This document shows, piece by piece, positions 1 to 9,810 of a stretch of DNA of 32,000 nt. The DNA lies in assembly GCF_003428155.1 (NCBI RefSeq), contig NZ_QLIR01000006.1:1-32000 (forward strand), read 5' to 3'. Position numbers and translations under genes: made by a program. Each line of letters starts with the position of its first letter. Positions within the stretch are counted from its first letter, which is position 1. Origin of the DNA: Fastidiosibacter lacustris. GTDB taxonomy: Bacteria; Pseudomonadota; Gammaproteobacteria; Francisellales; Francisellaceae. The notes beneath the pieces are model-generated. The model worked only from the letters and a program-made list of their open reading frames with translations, ran no database searches and was not told the DNA's origin.

Positions 1-1
1 A

Positions 2-73
2 ACACCAATAGCAACTTTTACTGATGGGAAAACGCACTGGCAAGAGAAGGTTGAATTGCTCAACCATATCTGA
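2..73 (+). CDS. 3' end of a CDS entering from the left edge (reads ...TPIATFTDGKTHWQEKVELLNHI*)
   Basis: Open frame from the window start to TGA at 71-73; too short to assign a family. Confidence 0.35.
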   Translation, partial: TPIATFTDGKTHWQEKVELLNHI

Positions 74-292
74 CAAAAATCGCGTTTGAAAAATAGGCAA
101 CTGTCAGGTCAAGTCTAAACTTATACATTTAAAGATAGTGTTTATGATACTTCAAGGTGGAGGCAATACTTTGATTAGTTATGTGTTTGGTGATAACTAA
201 AGTAAATAATTCTGATCACGATTAAGTTTAATGCCATTAGCGCAAGTATGATATACACTTTGCAATTTTCTTAGCTTTATTATTCCCTTTAT

Positions 293-2452
293 CTAGTTTG
301 ATATAACAGGCTTTATTGACTTGATAAATTGGTAATTATTAGTGGCATCTAATGATAATTCCCATGTCATAGCACCTCCAAATTGGGGTTCATTTGAGAG
401 TGCTTTGTAAGCATTTGCCATGGCATTATATGGATCATCCTTATCAGCACCATTATAGACAGTCGCAGCACCAGCAGCACTTGCTGTGGCTGGTTGCCCT
501 GCTATGATTAAGGTGTTTTTAGGGGTGATCTTCTTCAAAGCATAAAAGCTGTTGATAATAAATTTAGCTGACGTTTGATCATAGCAACCAGCTTGAGTTT
601 TTGTACCTAAGCTACCATCCGCACAAACATAATTACCACCTGTATTATACTCTTGAACAAATAAGTAGTTAAATAAACCTTTCTCAATAGCGGCATTGTA
701 AACTTGATCTGTTTGAGTGTTAACATATTGTAGGGTACCACCAACGTTGTTTACCTGTGGTGCACCAGATATTATAATGTTTGGCATTTCAGCTTTAAGT
801 GCTTCGATAAACTCGACTAAATATTCTTTAGTGACATCTCTAGGTACAACTTCAAGGTCAAAGTCAATACCATCAAAATTGTATGTTTTTAGAAAACTGA
901 TAACTTGGTCTGCTACTAATTGAGTTGGTGCTCCAGCTGGATTAAATGTGTTACGTTCTCCACCTATAGAAGCAAGTACATACTTCAAGCCGTATTGCGT
1001 TTTTGCAAGTTCAATATCTGTTTTTATTTTCTCAATTACTTGTGGGTCACTGGCACTGTTATTCCAAGTGCTGTAGGCAAGGAAATGATCATCAACAAAT
1101 TTAACTGGTTTGCCTCCATCAACTATGATAAATGAAGGTAGAGCAATATTATATCCTTGTTTGGCTGCTTCAGAAATTTTTACCGGTTGATTCCAACTGA
1201 CAGGCATATAACCAGCGAGCACTCGGTTGTCTGGCTGATATTTAATTTTATTGCCATTAATAAGCATTGCATCGATAACGTTAAGGCTGTTAGCAACGTA
1301 TTTTTTTCCATCAACGTTGTAACTAGCTGGAGTGATAGTATAACTACCATATTCAGGGATCTTTATATCGTTATTATTAGATTTTAGTTGTTGAGATGCT
1401 GAGTAACCTTCACCTGCAATTGTAGCAATAGGCAATGGATTTGGAGAAGTTCCTTCGGCAAATTCTACCTGTGCCCCGATAGATTTTATTCCAATCGCTT
1501 TTTCATTAAATGCGATATTAAGCGGATAGTCACCTTTTTTATCTATGGTAAAACTGGATGGGGTTATTGTTGGTAAATAAGCATGCATGTCATAAACGTT
1601 GACAATTGTATCTACGGTAGCATTATAGTTGCCTTTACCAAGTTGTAACTTTGCCCCATTTTTACTGATGGTATAAGTTTTATCATTTAATTTTAATGGA
1701 AATTGATTGAAATCATTGAGTCCTGAAACTGTAACATTGAGTGTTCCAAGCGTTTGCGATTGGCAATAAGTCCAGCTGCCATCACCACTATCAGGTGCAC
1801 TATTTGTCCACCATTTTGCTTGCCAAATACCATTTTTGTAACTTACAAATGTATTGCCATCATAATGGTCATTTGGCCAAGCACTTGGTTTTTTCCATTC
1901 AGGTGCATCAGAAGGTACCTCACCTTTACATTGGGTGGCTGGTGCTGGTGGTGTGGGGGCTTCTTTATAACTTAATACAGGCGACTTACTTGTCTCTGTT
2001 ACAGTGTAATTTGTTGGTGAGACTTCTCCTGTTCCTCCTTCAAGTTTAATGGTGTAATCGCTGCCACCTTTGGCGTAAGTTAAAGTAACTTGATTGTTTG
2101 CAACTTTATGTATCCCACCATTTGGGTCAATGAACTCAATAATTGCGTTATTTGGTAGGTTATCAGGTAACGCAATGGTTAATGTTCTTTGCTGATCTAG
2201 TGGCTGAGGGTCAGATTTCTTTTCCCAAGAATTTGCACCATACATGCCAGATGGGCGATAAGCAGCAGATTGACACCATTCAGAATAAGGCCATGGTTTG
2301 CATTGATAAATAATTCCGTTATCAATCACTTCAGTCCCTGCTTTATAGGTTTTTAGTATCTCGGTTTTGTCTTCCCAAGGTTGCGGTGAAGCAATAGCAG
2401 TTGCTGTGCTAAATATTATTGAGATAGAGATAAGTTTTATTTTTGTTTTCAT
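293..2452 (-). CDS. Secreted GH18 family chitinase with chitin-binding (CBM5/12-like) modules
   Basis: Signal peptide (MKTKIKLISISIIFSTATAIA); W/Y-rich carbohydrate-binding segments (KAGTEVIDNGIIYQCKPWPYSEWC, YKNGIWQAKWWTNSAPDSGDGSW); canonical GH18 motif DGIDFDLE (DxxDxDxE). Confidence 0.93.
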   Translation of the reverse strand: MKTKIKLISISIIFSTATAIASPQPWEDKTEILKTYKAGTEVIDNGIIYQCKPWPYSEWCQSAAYRPSGMYGANSWEKKSDPQPLDQQRTLTIALPDNLPNNAIIEFIDPNGGIHKVANNQVTLTYAKGGSDYTIKLEGGTGEVSPTNYTVTETSKSPVLSYKEAPTPPAPATQCKGEVPSDAPEWKKPSAWPNDHYDGNTFVSYKNGIWQAKWWTNSAPDSGDGSWTYCQSQTLGTLNVTVSGLNDFNQFPLKLNDKTYTISKNGAKLQLGKGNYNATVDTIVNVYDMHAYLPTITPSSFTIDKKGDYPLNIAFNEKAIGIKSIGAQVEFAEGTSPNPLPIATIAGEGYSASQQLKSNNNDIKIPEYGSYTITPASYNVDGKKYVANSLNVIDAMLINGNKIKYQPDNRVLAGYMPVSWNQPVKISEAAKQGYNIALPSFIIVDGGKPVKFVDDHFLAYSTWNNSASDPQVIEKIKTDIELAKTQYGLKYVLASIGGERNTFNPAGAPTQLVADQVISFLKTYNFDGIDFDLEVVPRDVTKEYLVEFIEALKAEMPNIIISGAPQVNNVGGTLQYVNTQTDQVYNAAIEKGLFNYLFVQEYNTGGNYVCADGSLGTKTQAGCYDQTSAKFIINSFYALKKITPKNTLIIAGQPATASAAGAATVYNGADKDDPYNAMANAYKALSNEPQFGGAMTWELSLDATNNYQFIKSIKPVISN

Positions 2453-2515
2453 AATTAAATCCTCTGTTTATAAAAATATGGGCAAAGAAGCTCGGGTTTA
2501 GTCAAAGTGTATTAG

Positions 2516-5284
2516 TTAATTAGCAGGACGCCAGACTGCATATGGGTTGTTGGCGTATTGAGCACTTGGTAAAGCGCCACCTTGAATGTACCATTGTGCC
2601 TTATAGAGCATGTGATCTAATGGATCAGTAACAACTTCGCCGCCTTTGTAAATTTTATTGCTATCCCAAGGTAAGCCTGGTTGATAAGGCGTCATATCTT
2701 CCCAGACATCAGACTGCCCTGGAATATCACCTTGCGTCCACCATTTTGCTTTATAGTCTATATTGTGGTATTGAACCATATTTCCTTGATAATAAACTTT
2801 ATCTTTTTGCCAAGTATCTTCACTAGGTTGATCTGATTGAGTCTTGAAGTTAATAGGATCTGATGATTTTGATATGCCCGCATCTGGTGCTGAAGCTATC
2901 ACGGTAACACTGTAGTTAGTATCTGGAGAAAGATTAGATAGTGCTTGATTTAGATGTTGAATATTGTCAATGTGTTTTTGGTCTGTATCTGAACTACCAT
3001 AAATAACTTCATATACAATAAGATGTGTTTGTGCAGTTTTTGCTTCGCTCCAACTAACTTGAGCGCTGTTTTTAGTAATGTTATTTGTGTTTACTTTAGC
3101 ATCCCAGTCAATCACAAGTTCTGCTTTTTGTGTTTTTTGTGAGACAGCCGGTGCTTTAAGTGGGGTAATACCTGTGCCTGGCACATTGGCTGTTACTTCA
3201 AAGGTATAGAGGGTATCTGATTTTAACCCCATTACTTTGAATTCAGTGTCAGTCGTGGCGTTTGTAGTAAGTTGTGATAACTTAATAGTTTTATAAACAA
3301 TGTAATTGTTACTATTTTCTTCTTTATAAGAAACAGTATATTCAATAGCGCTTCCATTCCCGCCTAAATAATGCGCAGGGTTCCACATTAGAGTCACAGA
3401 ACTAGCATCATAAGTTTTGACATCAACTTTAGGATTGTCCCAGCTAAGTTTGCCTTGAGTTTGTTCTGTGGTAAATGTGGTATTAGCTTGGTTTGGTTTA
3501 TAGCCGGTGGCGTTTGCACTAACGCTAACAGCATACTTAGTTGCTGCCGATAAATCATTAAGTGTATAACTAGTTTGATTTGTAATTCCTACAATCGTGC
3601 CGTTTAAACTAATTTGATAACTGATTTCAACATTATCCGCTTTTGCTTGAATCCAATTAAGTTTAGCACTACTGCTAGTAATATTGCTTGTCGTTAAGTT
3701 TGGTTGATCCCAGCTAACAGTTTGCTGTTGTGTATCATCACCAGGCACATTAGCTTGGCAATTATATAGTTTGCTTTGATTACTTAAATTAAACGTGCTA
3801 CATGTGCTTTGTAGTACATTAGTTGGAGTCGCCCAGTTGTTATCCCACTTACCAATTACAGCACGATCATAGCGTTGGTCTTTTAAAATATCCCACATGA
3901 TTATACCATCACTGATGCCTTTCATTTCATTTAGCATTTTGTTAACATCGGTCTTAGTAAGATATAAAGCATCTTGATCATTTTGTGGGTAACCTGGTTT
4001 GCCTACTTCAAATCCAAATGAGAGTTTGCCTTTAAGGTGATATTTAGCGGGTTTAATGATACCACTTGCATCAACAATTTCTTGACGTGGTGTATCAGAC
4101 TTAAGCCAGTTTTTATATTCATTCATATAAAAACTCACTTGTCCTACAAGGTCAGTTTTTCCAATATATTGCCCATCCTTTTTAGAGAGGTCATAACTCA
4201 TAACTGCCATCGAATCGAGCATATTAGCTGTATCAATGTCTTTGTGTGCAAGCTCATACATCAAACCTTTTAAATTGCCATGATACCAAGGTGCGCCAAC
4301 GTCATAAGTGGTATTTGGGTCCAAGCCCCATTTACTCATCATAATTGGTGTAGCACCAACAGCAGGTAAAGCAGCGGAAAGTTTTAAATTAGGATCAATC
4401 AATTCAATATAGTGATGAATTGTTTTAATGATGTCCCCAAATTTGGTAACTGTATCAGGCATAATCCCTGGACTACCTAGGCTGATACTTCCACCTTCAG
4501 TATAGGCGTAATCTTTACCGAAGTTATCAATTAATACATTGTAAGGGATGTCTTGATTTGGATATTCAATTGCTAATTGATTAGCTGAGTAACTATCAGG
4601 AACTTTCCATGTATGACTATTTAAATCTGCATGCCAAAACTCTTCGTAATCCAGATCGATTCCGGCGGCACCTAAATCATAGGTAAGTTTAACCAGATTT
4701 TCATAAGCTAATTGTGCCTGCGTTCTTGTAGCTTTGTCATCAAAGCGAGCAGCAACCTCTGGATTAGGGAAGGTGTCATATGTCGCATCTTTTGGACCAC
4801 AATCACCAGAAAGTCCCATAGCTCTTAGACTTTTAGGGTATAAAACAGGATCACAACTAAAGTTCCAGCCACCAACTGCAAGATAAGTATCTACACCTAA
4901 GTCATGCAATTGTTTTATATATGATTTCAATGTTGTAAAGTCAATTTTAGCTGCGGGGTTATTATGTTGTTCTTGAATCTTTTGCACGTCGGCTCGATCA
5001 CAAAAATAACCGAACAACCCAGTACAAGCAAGACTATATGATTGATAATTCATTAAGCTGGGTTGCACAAATGATAAAACAAGCTTATTGAAGTTTGTTC
5101 CTTTTTCCATTTTGATACTGTCAATAAGCGTTTTTAAGGCATTTAAATCAGCATAAGTTTGTCCTTTACTATCGCTTAAGTAGTAGGCAGTAACTTCAGG
5201 TGAATAAGTTTTTATATTATCTGCGTAAATTATCCCAGTTAAACTTACGGTGATTAAAGTGCTAAAGTATTTTATTTTTGACAT
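2516..5284 (-). CDS. Secreted multidomain GH18 chitinase: catalytic domain, about three FN3-like repeats, two C-terminal CBM5/12-like modules
   Basis: Signal peptide; GIDLDYEEFW GH18 active-site region; repeated FN3-like segments (SSSAKLNWIQAK..., ASSVTLMWNPAH..., KNSAQVSWSEAK...); C-terminal WQKDKVYYQGNMVQYHNIDYKAKWWTQGDIP. Confidence 0.93.
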   Translation of the reverse strand: MSKIKYFSTLITVSLTGIIYADNIKTYSPEVTAYYLSDSKGQTYADLNALKTLIDSIKMEKGTNFNKLVLSFVQPSLMNYQSYSLACTGLFGYFCDRADVQKIQEQHNNPAAKIDFTTLKSYIKQLHDLGVDTYLAVGGWNFSCDPVLYPKSLRAMGLSGDCGPKDATYDTFPNPEVAARFDDKATRTQAQLAYENLVKLTYDLGAAGIDLDYEEFWHADLNSHTWKVPDSYSANQLAIEYPNQDIPYNVLIDNFGKDYAYTEGGSISLGSPGIMPDTVTKFGDIIKTIHHYIELIDPNLKLSAALPAVGATPIMMSKWGLDPNTTYDVGAPWYHGNLKGLMYELAHKDIDTANMLDSMAVMSYDLSKKDGQYIGKTDLVGQVSFYMNEYKNWLKSDTPRQEIVDASGIIKPAKYHLKGKLSFGFEVGKPGYPQNDQDALYLTKTDVNKMLNEMKGISDGIIMWDILKDQRYDRAVIGKWDNNWATPTNVLQSTCSTFNLSNQSKLYNCQANVPGDDTQQQTVSWDQPNLTTSNITSSSAKLNWIQAKADNVEISYQISLNGTIVGITNQTSYTLNDLSAATKYAVSVSANATGYKPNQANTTFTTEQTQGKLSWDNPKVDVKTYDASSVTLMWNPAHYLGGNGSAIEYTVSYKEENSNNYIVYKTIKLSQLTTNATTDTEFKVMGLKSDTLYTFEVTANVPGTGITPLKAPAVSQKTQKAELVIDWDAKVNTNNITKNSAQVSWSEAKTAQTHLIVYEVIYGSSDTDQKHIDNIQHLNQALSNLSPDTNYSVTVIASAPDAGISKSSDPINFKTQSDQPSEDTWQKDKVYYQGNMVQYHNIDYKAKWWTQGDIPGQSDVWEDMTPYQPGLPWDSNKIYKGGEVVTDPLDHMLYKAQWYIQGGALPSAQYANNPYAVWRPAN

Positions 5285-5682
5285 GGCAAAATTCCTATTT
5301 TTTGTACTAATAAATAATTCATTGTGGATGGTTTACAATACTTCATTACAAACTAACTCTACTGTTCTGGTATGAATTGGCAAAGTAGTTTGCTGTGAGG
5401 TATGGAAATACGTACTAGCTTATCCATCACATAAAGTGTGAAAAATCATAATATAAAGTTGGTAAATCCTTTAGTAGATAAAATCGCTTTTTGTGTAAGA
5501 TAGTTGCTACTTTATGTTAAGAAATAATCCATTAATTAAGTAAAATAAATATCTTATATTGGTTTGAATTAATAGAGCATAATGTAGTATTTACATTTTA
5601 TTATTGTGTGCTGGATCTCTGGAAAAATGATTGATAACAGGTATATACTTAGCTTGGAATGCGAATATCGAGAAATTAAAAT

Positions 5683-7044
5683 ATGCAAATTTATGACGTA
5701 ATTGTTGTTGGCGCAGGTGTATCTGGGTTGGCTGCAGCCAATAATTTAATGTTAAACGGTTTTGATGTGCTTGTGGTTGAGGCACGTGATCGCGTAGGGG
5801 GGCGTATAAATAGCCAAGCTTTTGCTGGAGTTATAGTGGATTTAGGTGCTTCATGGATTCATGGTGTGCAAGAAAATCCAATCACACGCTTAGCGAAAAA
5901 GCATAATATTAGCACTTGGCGCTCACAAATGTGTGGTCCTTCACCGGACAATATTCTGCATAGAGAGATGTTTAATACTGAATTTAAGCGTTTGACCCAT
6001 GAGCAGAAGCTTAAAATTGCAAATTGGATGGCTGATTTTCTAGACTATTTGGAAACGGTACAAATAGATGAAGAAAGTCACTTAAAGTCGATTGCAGATT
6101 TAAAGCGACAGTTTATTTTAGAGCAAAATATTATAAAGGAAGATGAATCATATATTGATTATATTGCCGATACCTTATTTTTATATGAATATGCAATTGA
6201 AGCGAAAGATTTATCTGCTGAGAGTCACCACGCCGATATTGATTTTGCTGGTAGTGATAGGTTATTTCCTCAAGGTTATGCTCAAATTACCGATTTATTG
6301 GCTAAAAACTTAGTAATACAATTAAATGAACCTGTGCAAAGCATTGATTATAGTGGTGATCTGGTACAAGTGATCACAGCAGCTTCACAATATCATGCAA
6401 CATATGTTTTAGTTACAGTTCCTTTGGGTGTATTAAAGCATGCTGATATAGGTTTTAACCCTTATTTACCACAATCTAAGCGTAAATCTATAAGTCAGCT
6501 TGAAATGGGAATATTGAATAAAATTTACTTAGAATTTGAGGATGTATTTTGGGACAAAGAAGCTCAAAGTATTGCGTGCTTATCACCTGAACATCGCATT
6601 GCGCGTGAGATGATGAACTTTTATCCGCTAAGTCAAAAGCCTATTTTAATGGCATTTACAGCTGGTGTAGTTGCTAAACAACTAGAGCACCTTAGTGATA
6701 GAGAGTTAATTGCATTGGTAATTGATTCATTAAAGCATATGTATGGTGAAAATCTGCCTAATCTTAAAAATTACTGCATTACTCGTTGGCATAGCGATGA
6801 ATATAGTTATGGGTCTTACTCCTATTTACCAGTTGGGGTTAAAGCAAAACGTAGACAAAAACTGGGTAAACCTGTTGATAACAAGGTATTTTTTGCAGGA
6901 GAAGCGACTTCATTTTATTTTCCATCAACTGTACATGGTGCATTCTTAAGTGGCGTGCGATCAGCCTATCAAATTTTGCAGATTGATTTATTAACAGAGG
7001 ATGTGCGCAAGAAAACAGCAATTGTTGAAGATCCATATCTGTAA
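5683..7044 (+). CDS. Flavin-containing amine oxidase / polyamine oxidase-like protein
   Basis: N-terminal dinucleotide-binding motif VIVVGAGVSGLAAANNLMLNGFDVLVVEARDRVGGRINS; LGASWIHGVQENPI; C-terminal FAGEATSFYFPSTVHGAFLSGVRSA. Confidence 0.9.
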   Translation: MQIYDVIVVGAGVSGLAAANNLMLNGFDVLVVEARDRVGGRINSQAFAGVIVDLGASWIHGVQENPITRLAKKHNISTWRSQMCGPSPDNILHREMFNTEFKRLTHEQKLKIANWMADFLDYLETVQIDEESHLKSIADLKRQFILEQNIIKEDESYIDYIADTLFLYEYAIEAKDLSAESHHADIDFAGSDRLFPQGYAQITDLLAKNLVIQLNEPVQSIDYSGDLVQVITAASQYHATYVLVTVPLGVLKHADIGFNPYLPQSKRKSISQLEMGILNKIYLEFEDVFWDKEAQSIACLSPEHRIAREMMNFYPLSQKPILMAFTAGVVAKQLEHLSDRELIALVIDSLKHMYGENLPNLKNYCITRWHSDEYSYGSYSYLPVGVKAKRRQKLGKPVDNKVFFAGEATSFYFPSTVHGAFLSGVRSAYQILQIDLLTEDVRKKTAIVEDPYL

Positions 7045-7188
7045 AAATAGTCTCTAACGTCAGCCTTTCGGTAATACTTTTCTAATACTGCTACTCATTC
7101 TATTTACATAAAGTTTGCTATAGAGTATTGCTTAATTTAAGGCTATACAGTAAATTTCAGACTTTTAAGTCAAAAATGGGAGAGAGAG

Positions 7189-8739
7189 ATGACAAAACAA
7201 GGCTTCATTAATAGGTCATTATCTGCAATTGAAACGGTTGGTAATAAACTACCACCACCAGCGATGCTGTTTTTTATGCTAACAATTTTTCTGATTGTCT
7301 TGAGTGTATTATTTTCTTGGCTTGATATTAAGGTTTTGAATCCAACAGTGCAAACTGAAGAAACTTATATTAGTGTATTTAATTTATTAAGTGCAGAGGG
7401 TATTCGTTATATTTTCAGTAGTGTTGTCAGTAATTTTGTCAGTTTTGCGCCGCTAGGGACTGTCTTAGTTGCCTTTATCGGTGTGAGTATAGCGGAGCAT
7501 TCAGGATTTATTAGTGCTTCAATTCGGGCAATAATTGGTAAAAGTAACCGTGCTACCGTAACCACAATTATTGTATTTGTGGGTGTTATGTCAAATACGG
7601 CAGGAGAATTGGGTTATTTAGTTATTATTCCCTTGGCTGGGGCGATTTTTCATGCTATGGGGCGTCATCCTATTGCAGGGATGGCAGCTGCTTTTGCGGG
7701 AGTTTCTGGTGGTTACAGTGCAAATCTTCTATTGGGAACTGTTGACCCACTATTAAGTGGCTTAACACAAGAAGCAGCGCATTTTATTAATCCAGAGTAT
7801 CGAGTGGGCGTAGAGGCTAACTGGTATTTTATGATTGCTAGTACATTTTTAGTTACATCTGTCGTAACAGTTCTTTCAGAGAAAATTATTGAACCAAGGT
7901 TAGGTAAATATCAAAATGGTGATGCACTGGATTCTGAAGAAAGAGCATTAGAGGCACAAATTCATCTAACAAAAATAGAGAAAAAAGGTCTATTTTGGGC
8001 GGTTATCTCAATCGTTATCTTATCATTAATCATTATTTATCTTGTTGTGCCAGAAGGAGCTATTCTACGCAACCAGAAAACAGGATTGATCACAAATTCT
8101 CCATTTTTAGATAGCATAGTATTTTTGATACTGCTATTTTTTGCTGTAGCCGGTATCGTCTATGGTTATACCACCAAAAACTTCAAAAATACTAAAGATG
8201 TGGTTAATGCAATGGATAAAACATTTAATACACTTGGTGCATACATTGTCTTGGTGTTTTTTGCTGCACAATTTGTTGCTTATTTTAAAGTCACTAATCT
8301 TGGTACAATTGTTGCAGTTGCTGGTGCGACAGCGCTTGAAAGCATTAATTTTACTGGTGTTTCATTGATGATTAGTTTTGTAGTTTTATCAGCATTTATC
8401 AATCTTTTTATGGGTAGTGCATCCGCTAAATGGTCAATGCTCGCACCCGTTTTTATTCCAATGTTCATGCTTTTAGGCTATTCACCTGAATTAGTTCAAG
8501 TTGCCTATCGTATAGGAGATTCAGCAACAAACATTATTTCACCATTACTGAGTTACTTTGCCTTGATTGTGGCATTTTTCCAGAAGTATGATAAAAACTC
8601 AGGCATTGGGACAATTGTCGCTACTATGTTACCTTACTCGATAGCTTTATTGATTAGCTGGAGTATCTTCCTTTATTTATGGGTATTCCTGTTTAACCTT
8701 CCAGTAGGGCCAGGGGTTAATTCGTTTTATACGGTTTAG
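7189..8739 (+). CDS. AbgT-family transporter (p-aminobenzoyl-glutamate transporter family)
   Basis: 516-aa polytopic protein; family-like segments (LPPPAMLFFML, GSASAKWSMLAPVFIPMFMLLGYSPELVQVAYRIGDSATNIISPLLSYFALI); RBS GGGAGAGAG just upstream of ATG. Confidence 0.85.
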   Translation: MTKQGFINRSLSAIETVGNKLPPPAMLFFMLTIFLIVLSVLFSWLDIKVLNPTVQTEETYISVFNLLSAEGIRYIFSSVVSNFVSFAPLGTVLVAFIGVSIAEHSGFISASIRAIIGKSNRATVTTIIVFVGVMSNTAGELGYLVIIPLAGAIFHAMGRHPIAGMAAAFAGVSGGYSANLLLGTVDPLLSGLTQEAAHFINPEYRVGVEANWYFMIASTFLVTSVVTVLSEKIIEPRLGKYQNGDALDSEERALEAQIHLTKIEKKGLFWAVISIVILSLIIIYLVVPEGAILRNQKTGLITNSPFLDSIVFLILLFFAVAGIVYGYTTKNFKNTKDVVNAMDKTFNTLGAYIVLVFFAAQFVAYFKVTNLGTIVAVAGATALESINFTGVSLMISFVVLSAFINLFMGSASAKWSMLAPVFIPMFMLLGYSPELVQVAYRIGDSATNIISPLLSYFALIVAFFQKYDKNSGIGTIVATMLPYSIALLISWSIFLYLWVFLFNLPVGPGVNSFYTV

Positions 8740-8840
8740 CAATCCGACATTATTTTATAGTAATAGTAAAAAGTCTTTTAGTTTTCACGAAAAATCCCCT
8801 TATAATTAAGCCGTTTTTGTGACTGGAAAAGGGGATAGGT

Positions 8841-9701
8841 ATGAAGGTCTTGGTTGTATGTGCTGCTGTAACTTTTACTAACTTAGTTAATATAGGTTTT
8901 TCTAAATCAATGATTAATCAAAAAGTGACTATTACACAAATTAAAGATGTAGAACCTTACGTTGATAAATTAAGTCAAAAATATGGCAAGGATTCAGTAT
9001 GTATGGTTTATGACATTGACAATACATTGATTACCAACAATGGGAAATACGCAAGTGAAAGGTGGACATATTGGCAGCAAAGTGAAGGTAACCACCATGC
9101 TAAACATTTATTAAAAGACAAAAACGCAAATATTTATGATTTTTTAAATGCGGTGCGCTATTTTATAAATTACAGTACTGTAGAAAAAGATACAGTACAA
9201 ATTGTTAATAAATTACAATCAGACCATCGTTCAATTGCATTAACTTCAAGAGGATTTAGTGCAGAAGCAACTACATTAAGACAGCTGCGTTTTAATGGTA
9301 TTGATTTTACAAAAAATCCTATTGGCAGTAGGGAGTTTGATGCAAGCTTTTTAAATCAGAATAAATACAAAAATGATTACACAATGTATAGTAATGGTAT
9401 TCAGTATGCAGCTGGCGGAGATAAGGGAGAGCTTTTATATAATTTGATTAAAAAAGAGAGAGAAAAAACGGATAATCCAAATTTATGCCAAGCATTAATC
9501 TATATTGATGACACTAGTAGTAAAGTTGATATGATTGATAATAAATTAAAGAATAAATTTAGCTACTATGCTATTCACTACACCTATTTACCGGACCCTG
9601 AGGATAAAAATAATTGGCAACCAGATAATTGGCACAAAGAGTCTAGTAAAGTTCAGCAACTAGTTGATTTTTTAAACACTACATCACATTTAGCGCTTTA
9701 A
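8841..9701 (+). CDS. HAD-superfamily phosphatase-like protein (DUF2608-like), probably exported
   Basis: HAD motif I VYDIDNTLI, motif II ALTSRGFS, late acidic motif YIDDTSSKVD; hydrophobic N-terminus; RBS before ATG. Confidence 0.7.
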   Translation: MKVLVVCAAVTFTNLVNIGFSKSMINQKVTITQIKDVEPYVDKLSQKYGKDSVCMVYDIDNTLITNNGKYASERWTYWQQSEGNHHAKHLLKDKNANIYDFLNAVRYFINYSTVEKDTVQIVNKLQSDHRSIALTSRGFSAEATTLRQLRFNGIDFTKNPIGSREFDASFLNQNKYKNDYTMYSNGIQYAAGGDKGELLYNLIKKEREKTDNPNLCQALIYIDDTSSKVDMIDNKLKNKFSYYAIHYTYLPDPEDKNNWQPDNWHKESSKVQQLVDFLNTTSHLAL

Positions 9702-9810
9702 ATTATTCGATAATATTATCTTTATTTAAATGTTAAAATAATTCACCGCTATGTAGTGAGTGTGATAGAATATCGACCACTTTAATCATTGAACGTATTT
9801 TTATTCTGCA

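Noticed and set aside
717-2049. Several + strand ORFs (717-923, 920-1135, 1157-1387, 1741-2049, 1754-1975)
   Set aside because: Antisense to a clear GH18 chitinase; no family features or RBS support.
4037-4273. + strand ORF of 78 aa
   Set aside because: Antisense within the second chitinase; composition typical of a shadow ORF.
6743-6949. + strand 68-aa ORF, and the antisense ORF 6839-7036
   Set aside because: Out-of-frame with the well-supported amine oxidase; no independent evidence.
7045-7188. Possible rho-independent terminator after the amine oxidase gene
   Set aside because: No convincing GC-rich hairpin followed by a T-run.
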